DNA of 64,000 nucleotides from Eledone cirrhosa (GCA_964016885.1 OZ024763.1:28210001-28274000), one strand, 5' to 3'; shown: positions 1 through 12,024, counted from the stretch's first letter. Program-made: numbers and translations. The notes: generated from the letters alone by a model not told the origin.

Positions 1-14
1 TGATTGTTTTTTAT

Positions 15-372
15 AAGTGGTGGTGGTGGTGATAGTAATAGTGGTGATGGTGGTAGCGGCAGTGGTGTTGTGGTGATGGTGATGGTGATGGTGGTGGTGG
101 TGGTAGCATTGGTAGTGGTGATGCTGGTGATGGTGTTGGTGGTGGTAGCATTCATTGTTAGTGGTGATGGTGGTAGTGGTAGTGGTGTGATGGTGTTGGT
201 GATGGTAGCATTGGTAGTGGTGATGGTGTTGGTGCTGGTAGCATTGGTAGTGGTGATAGTAGTAGTAGTGGTGATGGTGGTAGTGGTTGTGGTGGTAGTA
301 GTGGTGTTGGTAGCAGTGGTGGTGGTGGTAGTAGTGGTGATGGTGGTAGTGCAGTAGTGGTGGTAGTCATGC
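15..372. repeat. Degenerate (GGT/GAT/AGT)n trinucleotide low-complexity tract
   Basis: Visible triplet periodicity; gives a spurious Val/Met-rich ORF. Confidence 0.9.
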
Positions 373-442
373 TAGTACCTTTCACATTGTCAAATCATGT
401 GTCACATAATGTGTCACATAAGTGTACACTGTGACATTGTGT

Positions 443-493
443 GCTTTCCAGATGATTTCCTTCGAATGAAACAGTTCTAGTCCTGTAGAAGCC
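443..493 (+). ncRNA. Degenerate type I hammerhead ribozyme, family A (core CAGAUGA, probably inactive)
   Basis: GCTTTC-CAGATGA-T-TTC-CTTC-GAA-T-GAAA-CAG-TTCTAGTC-CTG-TA-GAAGC; homologous to 6512-6564 and 30846-30893; followed by (TA)n. Confidence 0.7.
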
Positions 494-619
494 ATTTATA
501 TATTAAACATATATATATATATATATATAAACCCTAATTTCCCGTTTAAAATGTATATCGACACATACACACACCCCAACAAACACATTTACATATACAC
601 ACACCATACCATACACGTG

Positions 620-1035
620 TAATACACACACACACACTACTACACACACACTACTACACACACACTACTACACACGCACACACCACTACACACACACACA
701 CTACTACACACACACTACTACACACGCACACACCACTACACACACGCACACACCACTACACACGCACACACCACTACACACACGCACACACCACTACACA
801 CGCACACACCACTACACACACACCACAACACACACACACCACAACACACACACACGCCACTACACACGCACACACCACTACACACACACACCACTAGACA
901 CACACACCACTACACACACACCACACACCTACACACACACCACTACACACACACCACACACCTACACACACACCACTACAAACACACCACTACACACACA
1001 CCACACACACAATACACACACACACACAATACACA
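620..1035. repeat. Compound (CA)n / CCACTA minisatellite
   Basis: Repeated CACCACTACACAC units. Confidence 0.9.
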
Positions 1036-1219
1036 CCTAAACATTATCTCATTGCTATTTTTGTTGGTTTCTTTTCTATTTATTATTTTTAAAAAGTTCT
1101 TTGAATTTTTTTCTCTTTTTTTTGTGTTTGTATTTGTTTTTTGTTTTTTTTCTTCTTCATCTTATTGAACACAATCGTTGCCATGGTTTCGCAGCATCCT
1201 TAGCTTTTTCGTAAGGTAG

Positions 1220-2320
1220 AAGAAGCAGCAGCAGCACTAGCAGTAGCGCCATCACCAGCAGCACTATCAGCAGTAGCATCAGTAGTATTTTCACTATCAC
1301 CGGAATCGTCAACAGCACCACCAACAACATCAGCAGCAGCAGTAGTAGCAGCACCACCAACAACATCAGCAGTAGTAGCAGCACCACCAACAACATCAGC
1401 AGTAGTAGCAGCACCACCAACAACATCAGCAGTAGTAGCAGCACCACCAACATCAGCAGTAGCAGCAGCAGCACCACCAACATCAGCAGTAGCAGCAGCA
1501 GCACCAACATAAGCAGTAGCACAGCAGCACCACCAACATCAGCAGTAGCAGCACCACCACCATCACCATCAGTAGCAGAATCACAGCCACACCGCCATCG
1601 CCATGTGGAATGGTGGTGGTGGTGGTGGTGGTGGTGGTGTTTTTTTTCTGGGGATGATCAGGATGGTGATGAAGGTGGTGGAATGGTGTAGCTGGTGATG
1701 ACTATGGTGGTGGTGGTGGTTGAATGGTGCTGCTGGTGATGATGATGGTGGTGGTGGAATGGTGTAGCTGGTGGTGGTGACAATGGTGGTGGTTGAATGG
1801 TGCTGCTGCTGCTGCTGGTGATGATGGTGGTGGTGGTGGTGGTGGTGGTGGTGTAGCTGGTAATGATGGTGGTGGTGGTGGTGGAATGGTGTAGCTGGTG
1901 AGATGATGATGGTGGTGGTGACAATGATGGTGGTGGTGGTTGATGATGCTACTAGTGATGATGGTCGTGCTGGTGGTAATTGAATGGTGCTGCTGGTGAT
2001 GATGATGACGATGGTGGTGGTGGTGGTGGTGGTTATAGAATGGTGCTGCTGCTGGTGATGATGATGACGATGGTAGTGGTGGTAGTGGTGGTGGTGGTGG
2101 TGGTTATAGAATGGTGCTGCTAGTGATGATGATGACGATGGTAGTGGTGGTGGTGGTTATAGAATGGTGATGATGATGATAATGGTAGTGGTAGTAGTAG
2201 TGGTGGTGGTGGTGGTTATAGAATGGTGCCTTTTAATTTCTGCCTGTGTTATTGTTACGCTAAGAATTTCTTTTACGACGGATGTTGGTGGCGTGGTGGT
2301 GGTGGTGGTGGTGGTGGAAT
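1220..2320. repeat. (CAG/CAC)n then (GGT/GAT)n trinucleotide low-complexity region
   Basis: Triplet periodicity with local longer duplications. Confidence 0.85.
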
Positions 2321-2519
2321 GATGGGATGGTAGGTAGTGGTTGTTGGTGGAGGTGAGATTGAGTCTGTGGGGGGGAGGGTATGATGGTGGTGGCGGCGGT
2401 GGAGGAGGAGAGCCGTGTGTGGGTGAGGTGAGAATTAGTTGAATAATTTCAATCTTGGATCGTTTAGATGTCTTTTTCTCACACCTACTTCATGTCATTC
2501 ATATAAAGCAGGCAGGGAT

Positions 2520-3600
2520 ATCCTCTCACTTCTCACTCACCTCCACACTCAGGCTCGAGTGCACTCAGGCTTTCACTCACATTCACAGACATACACTCGT
2601 TCACTTGCTTCATTCCCTCATCACCTTTCTCACTAATTCTCTCACTGTCACTCACACTCACACTTACAGACGTTCATTCGTTCACTTGCTTCATTCTATT
2701 TTCTTCATTCACTCACTCGTTCTCTTTCCTCACTAATTCTCTCACTCACCACTCACACTTGAGTGTACGCAAGGTTCCACTCACACTTACAGACGTTCAT
2801 TCGTTCACTTGTTTCATTCTATTTTCTTCCATTCACTCACTCGTTCTCTTTCCTCACTAATTCTCTCACTCACACTCACACTTGAGTGTACGCAAGCTTC
2901 CCCTCACACTTACAGACGTCATTCGTTCACTTGTTTCATTCTATTTTCTTCCATTCACTCACTCGTTCTCTTTCCTCACTAATTCTCTCACTGTCACTCA
3001 CACTCACACTTGAGTGTACGCAAGGTTCCAGCTCACACTTACAGACGTTCACTTGTTTCATTCTATTTTCTTCCATTCACTCACTCGTTCTCTTTCCTCA
3101 CTAATTCTCACACTCACACTCACACTTGAGTGTACGCAAGCTTCCCCTCACACTTACAGACGTTCATTCGTTCACTTGTTGTCATTCTATTTTCTTCCAT
3201 TCACTCACTCGTTCTCTTTCCTCACTAATTCTCTCACTGTCACTCACACTTGAGTGTACGCAAGCTTCCACTTACACTTACAGACGTTCTCGTTCACTTC
3301 GTTCATTCCCTCATTCCCTTTCTCGTTAATTCGCTCACTGTCACTCACTCTAGACTCGAGTGCACTCAAGCTTTCACTCACACTCACAAACATATACTCG
3401 TTCACTTCATTCACTCTCTCATTCCCTTTCTCATTACTTCACTCACTGTCACTCAAACTTTGACTCGAGTGCACTCAGGCTTTCACTCACACTCACAGCA
3501 GACACACACTCGTTCATGCCATTCACTCCAATCATTCACTCACTCGTTCTCTTTCCACACTAATTCGCTCACACTTAGACTCGTGTACACTCAGGCTTTC
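2520..3600. repeat. ~120-bp minisatellite, homogeneous in the centre and diverged at the edges
   Basis: CTTGAGTGTACGCAAG recurs at about 2758, 2881, 3008, 3125 and 3249. Confidence 0.9.
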
Positions 3601-4333
3601 CCTCTGCTCTCAATACCTTTCTCCCCCTCTCCCTTCTCCCCCTCCATCTTTCTCTCCTCTCTGTCTCTCTCCCTCTTTCTCTCCTCTCTGGTCTCTGTCT
3701 CTCTTTCTCTCTCTCCCTCCTCACCCTTTCTCTCTCTCTCCTCCTCACCCTTCTCTCTTTCCCTCCTCACCCTTTCTCTCCTCTCCCTCCTCACCCTTTC
3801 TCTCCTCTCCATCTTACTCTCCTCCCTATCTTTTCCTCACGCCACAATACATGCCCCTTTCTCCCTTCCCTCTTCCGTCTCCCTTCTCTCAACCCCCCCC
3901 CCCCCCCCCCCAACCACAGCACACACTTTCCTCTTCCCTTCTCCTCCAACTCCCCCCTCCCCACCATCACCTCTTTCTTTATTACATATCCAATATTTTT
4001 TTATATTATATACCAAACCACTCTGGTTAGTATTTTATTGCCTTCTCGTCACTTTAAAAGGAGGAGAAAAAACATCAACGAAGATCTGTGTGTATATATG
4101 TATATATATATATATGTATGTGCTTATGTATGTAGTTTTGTATATATATGTGTGTGTGTATACATATAAATATATACATGTATTTGTTTATGTATGTAGT
4201 TATGTATATATGTGTGTGTGTGCGTGTGTGTCTGTGTGTATATATATATATACATTTATGTATGTAGTTATGTATATAATGTATGTGTCTGTGTGTATAT
4301 ATATATATTTATGTATGTAGTTATGTATATATA

Positions 4334-4364
<31 letters not shown>

Positions 4365-4387
4365 TGATGTATGTAGTTATGTATATA

Positions 4388-4422
<35 letters not shown>

Positions 4423-4485
4423 TGATGTATGTAGTTATGTATATATGTGTGTGTGTGTGTTTATAAATGTAGTTATGTATGTATG

Positions 4486-4516
<31 letters not shown>

Positions 4517-4741
4517 ATATATACACATATATGTATGTGTGTGGTTATATCTGTGTATCTGCCTGTGTGGCGTTAGTAGATATGGCAGTATGTAGATATG
4601 TGTTGTGTTAGTATGTATGCTTGTGTGTATGTTTGGATGTGTAGATTTGCCTGTGTGTATGTCTGTGTATCTGCCTATATATATATATATATATATATGG
4701 AATACTGTTAGCTTCTCGCTACAACAATTTCTATACTTTTC

Positions 4742-4780
<39 letters not shown>

Positions 4781-4834
4781 TGTGTATTTATCTGTATGCA
4801 TATGAGTATGTTTTTATGTGAATACTTGCTTCTC

Positions 4835-4874
<40 letters not shown>

Positions 4875-4913
4875 TGCCTGTATGCATGTGGTTATGAATG
4901 TATGTGCCTCACC

Positions 4914-4947
<34 letters not shown>

Positions 4948-5063
4948 ATTTATCTGTATGCATATGAGTATGTTTTTATATGAATACTTGCTTCTCTTTG
5001 TGCGTGTGTGTCTGCCTTTATTATGTATGTGGTTATGAATATATGTGCTTCACCGTATATATA

Positions 5064-5114
<51 letters not shown>

Positions 5115-5984
5115 CAGTCTGACTCACTGTCTGTCTGTCTGTCTCTCTATAAACACGTTTGTCCTATCCATTTCAGCAATTTTTATCATCATTCTCCCTC
5201 TTTCCTTTTCAACCCTTCTCATCTTCCTTACTCTAAAATAATTTCCTTTTATTATACGAATTTGCCCTCGTCTCCTCTTCACCGTTACCACCGTCGCCGC
5301 TGTCACAATCGCCACCACTATTGTCACCAACACCATCACTGTCACCGCTACCGTCGTCGACGATACCTTTCCTACCACAACCACCACCACTTTTACATCC
5401 TTAGATTTGTCTCGCTTTCTTCTGTGTCCTGTGTTGTATTACACTGCCTCGTTCACTCTTATCTAGAACGCGCCCGCACACACTTGTATGTATGTGTGTG
5501 TGTATGTGTGTGTGTGTGCATATAAATATATATATAAATATATATATAAATATATATATAAATATATATACCCACGCACACACATACATACATAAGACTG
5601 TTAATTAGACGGTAGAAGTTGTACGTACAGACGTGGAGTATTACTGTCCTTGCCAAAAGAAAAAAATGCTCATGAAAGTAATTTTGAAATCGTGCGTCTA
5701 ATACCATGTATTATAGCGTATATATAATATGATAATACCTGGTATTAGTCGCACGCTTCGGTGCGAAAGACATGGGTTTTTCGTTTAACCATATCATCAA
5801 CATTATATAATTTTCTCATGTAACATCTGCTTAAATACAAAATAGCGCCTGAAGAAACTATGTCAGCCCAAGTCATGTTTACCGTACAATGTTCAGACAT
5901 CGCGGAAATACGCATAACGTAAATAAATTCAATTATGTATTAACAAAACTCCGTCTTAATATTCATTCGTATATATATAATATA

Positions 5985-6323
5985 TCATCATCATCATTGT
6001 TCATCATTTTCATTTTACGTCCGCTTTTTCCCTGCTTGCAAGGGTGGGGCGGGAACTGATTCTGGCTTGATTTCTACAGCTGGATGCCCTTCCTAACACC
6101 AACCTCATTTACAGTGAGTGCTGGGTGCTTTTTTGCCGTGGCACCTCCACGACCACTTTGCAGTGGAATGATAGGGACCCCAGTCCCTATCATCTCATTT
6201 CTACAGTTGAGTAAACTGGAGCAATGTGAAATAAAGTGTCTTGCTCAAGGAAACAACGCATCACCCGGTCTGAGAATTGAACTCACAACCTTTCGATTGC
6301 AAGGCCAATGCTCTAACCACTAA

Positions 6324-6326
<3 letters not shown>
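5985..6326 (-). mobile_element. Apparently full-length tRNA-derived CORE-type SINE with (GAT)n tail
   Basis: Minus strand: A-box TGGCTTAGTGG, B-box-like GAGTTCAATTC, CORE-like TCCTTGAGCAAGACACTTTATTTCAC, then GGAAGGGCATCC and a tail GCGGACGTAAAATGA..(GAT)n; head shared with 31690-32345. Confidence 0.75.
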
Positions 6327-6363
<37 letters not shown>

Positions 6364-6457
6364 CATACACACACACGTTATTCCGGGTTGAATCGGAGGT
6401 AACCACAGTAAGTAAGGTACTCAATACATAGCAGAGTATAACAGTTTTAATATAGAT

Positions 6458-6510
6458 GAGATTCTACAGGACTAGAACTGTTTCATTCATTAGAAATCAT
6501 CAGGAATCCC
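6458..6510 (-). ncRNA. Type I hammerhead ribozyme, family A, minus strand
   Basis: Reverse complement: GGGATTC-CTGATGA-T-TTC-TAAT-GAA-T-GAAA-CAG-TTCTAGTC-CTG-TA-GAATCTC. Confidence 0.8.
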
Positions 6511-6511
6511 A

Positions 6512-6564
6512 GAGATTCCTGATGATTTCTAATGAATGAAACAGTTCTAGTCCTGTAGAATCTC
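6512..6564 (+). ncRNA. Type I hammerhead ribozyme, family A, plus strand
   Basis: Stem I GAGATTC/GAATCTC (7 bp); CTGATGA 6519-6525; stem II TTC/GAA closed by U.U; GAAA 6538-6541; stem III ACAG/CTGT; GUA cleavage triplet ending at 6557. Confidence 0.82.
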
Positions 6565-6565
6565 A

Positions 6566-6653
<88 letters not shown>

Positions 6654-6655
<2 letters not shown>

Positions 6656-6812
6656 AAGTGTAACGCGGAATTACTGTAGGTTCACCCGAGTGAGGACTCG
6701 ATGTTTAGGTTCACGTCAGTATGGAGGTGTCGAGCTAGACAGAGTGTAATATAACAATAGACGGACGGGTGGTTCCTCCTTCATTACGTTTGAAACGTAA
6801 CCACCCGTCTTT
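6654..6812 (-). mobile_element. Short unclassified repeat insert with terminal hairpin (family E)
   Basis: End GTGTAACGCGGAATTACTGT (6658-6677) recurs inverted at 22981-23000; hairpin GACGGGTGGTT/AACCACCCGTC. Confidence 0.4.
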
Positions 6813-6834
6813 TTATTATTATTATTATTGTTAT

Positions 6835-7157
6835 TCCTTGAATCTCAGTCATTGATGTTGGTTAACTGGAAAGTCCGTTGGATTGAATATCAAGCCACTA
6901 CCTGCAGCCTCAGATATTCAGGACGTATCGGAGGGTTCTTGCTGTTCCAAGCAAGCATGCCTTTTGAAGCGTTCCAAAAAGCGTGAAGGGGCCGATTTTC
7001 TTTAACCATCCCTGGAAACCTTTGGAGATAGTCCCCAGTGCGCCTATGACAATCGGGATCACTTTGACTTCATGGCAGTTCCAAATCCTTTTCACCTCCC
7101 ACTTTAGGTCCTGGTATCGGTTAATTTTCTCCCTCTCCTTCTCTTGCACTCTCCTTG
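6835..7157 (-). mobile_element. 5'-truncated R4/Dong-clade non-LTR retrotransposon (restriction-like endonuclease C-terminus plus 3'UTR)
   Basis: ORF 6910-7149: EKINRYQDLKWEVKRIWN..VKVIPIVIGALGTI..LQKACLLGTARTLR; flanked on both sides by (TTA)n-type repeats, the known Dong target. Confidence 0.85.
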
Positions 7158-7196
7158 TTATTATTATTGTTATTATTATTGTTATTATTATTATTA

Positions 7197-7284
7197 TTCA
7201 TCCTTTCGGGGTCGATAAAATAAAGTACCAGTAATGCACTGGGTATTTGCTGGCCTTGTGCCAAAAGTAGAAACAATTATTATT
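7197..7284 (+). mobile_element. Meta-domain tRNA SINE, 3' fragment
   Basis: TTCATCCTTTCGGGGTCGATAAAATAAAGTACCAG..GGCCTTGTGCC..(ATT)n. Confidence 0.8.
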
Positions 7285-7290
7285 AGTATA

Positions 7291-7426
7291 TATTTCTCAT
7301 TCTTTCTTCTGATAAAGGACTAGCGTCTGAAACGTTAAGATCCTCTCCCTGCTATATCAAGCGTCAACCTAATATATTCCTTCCATATACTTAACGATTG
7401 TGTTGTTATTTCTGTTTACATTTTAC
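7291..7426 (+). mobile_element. HHR-bearing element, family B (core mutated to CUGAUAA)
   Basis: TCTT-CTGATAA-A-GGAC-TAGC-GTCT-GAAAC-GTT-AAGA at 7305-7340; collinear with 30941-31080; ends in (CA)/(TA)n. Confidence 0.7.
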
Positions 7427-7443
7427 ACACACCACACACAACA

Positions 7444-7521
<78 letters not shown>

Positions 7522-7729
7522 CACACACACACAAATGTATTAAGAGACAATCTAGAATGCTAGTATGTCAAGCAGAGCTATTCATTCATTCATTCGTTTA
7601 ATCATTCACACATTCTTTCATTCTGTCAGCCATCGATTCATTCATTGACAACAAACCCTCGTCTTGCTTCTTATACAATATCAGGTTCTCATCTCGTCAA
7701 CCTAGTTAAAGTAGATGATGGCAAAAGTG

Positions 7730-8830
7730 TGTGTGTATGTGTGTCTGTAGAGTGTGTGTGTATGTGTGTCTGTAGAGTGTGTGTGTGTATGTGAGGTTAA
7801 AGGTGTCTGTAGTGTGTGTGTGTTTGTTTGAATTTGTGTATCTGTCTGTAACGTATGGTTTGTGTGTTTATTTGTGTGTGAATAATGATTAAAATGTGTG
7901 TGTGTGTGTAATGTTTGGTCTGTGTGTGTATTTGTCATTGTGTGTGTGTAATGTATGGTTTGTGTCGCTGTGTGTGTGTGTGTGTAGATGGTAGGAAAGA
8001 TGTGCGTGTCTTGTGTGTAATGCCTCGTCTCTATGTGTGTGTGTGTGTGTGTGTGTGTGAGGTTAAAGGTGTCTGTAGTGTGTGTGTGTGTGTAATGTTT
8101 GGTCTGTGTGTGTATTTGTCATTGTGTGTGTGTAATGTATGGTTTGTGTCGCTGTGTGTGTGTGTGTAGATGGTAGGAAAGATGTGCGTGTCTTGTGTGT
8201 AATGTCTCGTCTCTATGTGTGTGTGTGTGTGTGTGTGAGGTTAAAGGTGTCTGTAGTGTGTGTGTGTGTGTGTAATGTCTGGTCTGTGTGTGTATTTGTC
8301 ATTGTCTGTGTCTAATGTATGGTTTGTGTCGCTGTGTGTGTGTGTGTAGATGGTAGGAAAGATGTGCGTGTCTTGTGTGTAATGTCTCGTCTCTCTATGT
8401 GTGTGTGTGTGTGTGAGGTTAAAGGTGTCTGTAGTGTGTGTGTGTGTGTGTAATGTCTGGTCTGTGTGTGTATTTGTCATTGTCTGTGTCTAATGTATGG
8501 TTTGTGTCGCTGTGTGTGTGTGTGTGTAGATGGTAGGAAAGATGTGCGTGTCTTGTGTGTAATGTCTAGTCTGTGTGTGTGTGAAGTTAAAGGTGTCTCT
8601 AGAGTGTGTGAGGTTAAAGGTGTCTGTAGTGTGTGTGTGAATTTGTGTGTTTATTTGTGTGTGAATAATGATTAAAGGTGTGTGTGTGTGTAAATGTGTG
8701 TGTAATGTCTGGTCTGTGTGTGTATTTGTCATTGTGTGTGTCTAATGTATGGTTTGTGTCGCTGTGTGTGTGTGTAGATGATAGGAAAGATGTGCGTGTC
8801 TTCTGTGTAACGTCTCGTCCCTGTGTGTGT
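7730..8830. repeat. ~180-bp GT-rich minisatellite
   Basis: TAGATGGTAGGAAAGATGTGCG recurs at about 7985, 8167, 8347, 8527 and 8775. Confidence 0.9.
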
Positions 8831-9246
8831 GTCTGTCTGTCTGTATTTCCTTGTGTGACTACTTGTCTATAAATACATATATATATATGTGTGTGTCTGC
8901 TTCTATGTGTGTGTCTGCTTCTATGTGTGTGTGAGTGTGCAGGGGTGGGTATGCGGGGGTCACTTTAGTTAATACTGTTATGGTTTCGATTTCGCGACAC
9001 AATGCAGGAAACCGTTATCTCTCATTAAAGATGACAAGTTTTATTCTTGAAAACTCCCTTTTGTCTCCCTCAGTTGTCTGTACGTCTGACTTCTGTCTCT
9101 CTGTATGTCTCTGTAATTGCTGTCTGTCTGTATGTCTTCGAAAACTCCTTTGCCTGTATGTATTATGGAGTTTCTCTCGAAAACTCCCTTGTTTGTGTGT
9201 TTATACACACACACACACACCTATATATATATATATATATAATAGT

Positions 9247-9559
9247 AATAATTGTTTCTACTTTAGGCACAAGGCCAGCAATTACCCAGTGCATTACTGG
9301 TACTTTATTTTATCGACCCCGTAAGGATGAAAGGCAAAGTCAATGGTTTCTTATATAGGCACAAGACCATCAATTTTTGGGGAGGAGAAATTCGATTAAA
9401 TCGACCCCAGTGCGTGACTGGTACTTTATTTTAACGACCCCGTAAGGATGAAAGGCAAAGTGAACCTCGGCGGGATTTGAACTCAGATCATAAAGGGACG
9501 TAACTCTATGCTGCTAAGCATGGCGCCCGACCCTCTACTGATACTGCCACTCCACCGCC
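9247..9559 (-). mobile_element. Two tandem Meta-domain tRNA SINE copies (one partial, one near full length)
   Basis: Reverse complements of A-box TGGCAGTATC.G, B-box GAGTTCAAATCC and GCCTTTCATCCTTACGGGGTCG.TAAAATAAAGTACC. Confidence 0.85.
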
Positions 9560-9680
9560 CTATATATAAGAGTAATAATAAATGTGAAGACTAAAATCCA
9601 AAGAGGGCTCGATAAGGATAAATATATATCAAATATATAAGAACCGTAGAGCAAATATTTATTAAAATAACAGATTAAAG

Positions 9681-9726
9681 TTTAAGCAAAGAATCGCTGC
9701 TTTCACCCTTAACGGGATCTTCAGAA
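9681..9726 (-). ncRNA. Type I hammerhead ribozyme, family F (stem I truncated)
   Basis: Reverse complement: TT-CTGAAGA-T-CCC-GTTAA-GGG-T-GAAA-GCA-GCGATTCTT-TGC-TT-AAAC; AT-rich tail runs to TATATATA at ~9561. Confidence 0.6.
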
Positions 9727-10308
9727 GATCGTCATCACCCCTAACACTATCATCATCATCATCGTCACTACATCATAAGCATTAACACCAAAAGAACCAC
9801 ATATCTAATATCACTTCAACCACCAACACCACTACTACAACACGATCACCACCACCACAATCATCATCGTAAACATTTACACCGAAACACCCATATATTC
9901 ATTATCACTGCAATCGCAACCATCATCATCATCGGTATCACCACCACCACCACCACCACCACCATCATCATTACCACCACCACCACCACCAACATTCTCC
10001 TCTATTAGCTCAGTCATCACTCATGGTCACATTTTAATTACTCTGTGAGTAACCTGTCCCGTTGTTCTGTTCAAATTCTACAATACGCAACACTCACAGA
10101 TCTACACCTTGTCTTATATTTGTCTCTACCCTCACCCCCTCCCCTTATCCCCCCTCATCTCCCCCTATCCCTCCCCCATCTCTCCCTCTCTCTTCACACA
10201 CACCTTTACATATAAATGTGTGCGTCTGTGAGTGTAGTCATATGCATATATGGTTGTACGAGTGTATATATGCTTATCTATCTATCTATCTCTCTCCCTC
10301 TCTCTCTC

Positions 10309-10339
<31 letters not shown>

Positions 10340-10730
10340 CTCTCTCTCCACACACACGCACACGCACACGTACACGTACACGCACACGCACACGCACGCA
10401 CATACACACACACATATGAGGGTGGGTCCCGTTGTTTATTCAAATATTTACCCTTCGTTCATTCTACTCTTCAGGTGTAAACCTCATCCGTCTTTCTATT
10501 TGTGTTGAGATTTCGTCTCGTTCTTCTTCTTGTTGTTATTGTTGATGTTATATGCATTGTTGTTGTTGTTGTTGTTGTTGTAGTTGTTGTATGTATTATT
10601 GTTGTTGTTATTGCATTAAAGGTGACAGATCTTATTTAGGTGGAAAATAAAGAGAGGCATGCTTGTTGTTTGGCGTGGTAAATATATGAAGCTCAGAAAG
10701 TGTGAAAAAATGTTAGCAACGTGTATAGGC

Positions 10731-10772
<42 letters not shown>

Positions 10773-10775
<3 letters not shown>

Positions 10776-10849
10776 GGTGTCCACCAAAAATGTATAAACA
10801 CTTCAACAGCATTCTAATCAAACTGTATACATTTTTTAAAGACACCATG
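10773..10849 (+). mobile_element. ~75-bp Tc1/mariner-type MITE
   Basis: TIRs CAGGGTGTCCACCAAAAATGTATA / TATACATTTTTTAAAGACACCATG, preceded by TA. Confidence 0.7.
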
Positions 10850-11260
10850 TGTGTGTGTTTATTATATGTATGTATGTATATTTATATGCGTGTGTTTGTA
10901 TGCCTGTATATATATATTATCTATTCCTGTGTATATATATATATATATGACATACGTACACATACACACACACAGACACACACACAATGACAAAACCAAA
11001 ATATAGAAAATAAAAGGGTAAAAAAAAAATAATAATTTTTAAAAATGCCCTTCAGTATAAGTGGGATGGACGAAGAAAAACAAACGACAAATTAACAAAA
11101 ACAGAACCAAAACAAACTTCTTAAAGGGATCTCCTCTCTGTACCTGTCAAAATCCCTCCCATATCCTGTTAAGCTGTGCTTTCCTTTTTCCATTTAGCTT
11201 TTGTCTATATTTATCCCAGTTCTTCCCCGCTTCTTTTCCCTATGAAGCGTTGCTATATAC

Positions 11261-11293
<33 letters not shown>

Positions 11294-11394
11294 GTATGTA
11301 TTTTTTTTCTCACACTCCTTTTCTATCCATGAAACAAGCACACACACTCTGTCTAGGGCCGCGTTATTGCTATTATTAAGGGTAGGGGGTGGTG

Positions 11395-11757
11395 GTGGTG
11401 GATTGGTTGCATCGGTAGAGCGCCGGCCAACATGCTTTGCAGTATTTAGTTATGGCCGTTTACGTTCTCAGTTCAAATCCAGCCGAGGTTAACTTTGTTT
11501 CATCATCTTTACGGAAGTCGATAAAATAAAGTACCAGTAACGAACTGGGGTCCATTTAATCGACTTTATCTTTCCCAAAAATTCTTGACCTTGTGCCTAA
11601 ATCAGAAACCAAGGTGGATTGGCAGTATCGGTAGAGGGTCGGACGCCATGCTTTGACGCATAGAGTTACGGCCCTTGCCATTCTGAGTTCAAATTCCGCC
11701 GAGGTTTACTTTGCCTTTCATCCTTACGGGGTCGATAAAATAAAGTACCAGTAATGT
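11395..11757 (+). mobile_element. Two tandem Meta-domain tRNA SINE copies
   Basis: GGTGGATTGG..ATCGGTAGAG heads, GTTCAAAT B-boxes, GTCGATAAAATAAAGTACCAG. Confidence 0.85.
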
Positions 11758-11983
11758 ACGTACGTATATCGGGACACGTTCAAAGATGTTAGTTCAAAGA
11801 TACACATGTATGTACATACCTAGATAAACGCATACATCCATACACACATATCTTCATACATGCATACATACCTACGTACGCATATATGTTTGTTTCTACA
11901 TGCATACGTACGTTTTTGTGTGCATAAATATATATATATATATACATACATATATATATACATATATGCACACAAAAACGTAC

Positions 11984-12019
<36 letters not shown>

Positions 12020-12024
<5 letters not shown>

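Larger units (their letters stand above)
6377..6572. mobile_element. Non-autonomous HHR-bearing (Penelope pLTR-like) insert with inverted duplication, family A
   Basis: ~59-bp perfect inverted arms 6450-6508 and 6514-6572; unique tail 6377-6450; flanked by (CA)n and (TA)n. Confidence 0.7.

Noticed and set aside
1177-1190. RFX X-box (GTTGCCATGGTTTC)
   Set aside because: Only one half-site matches the palindrome
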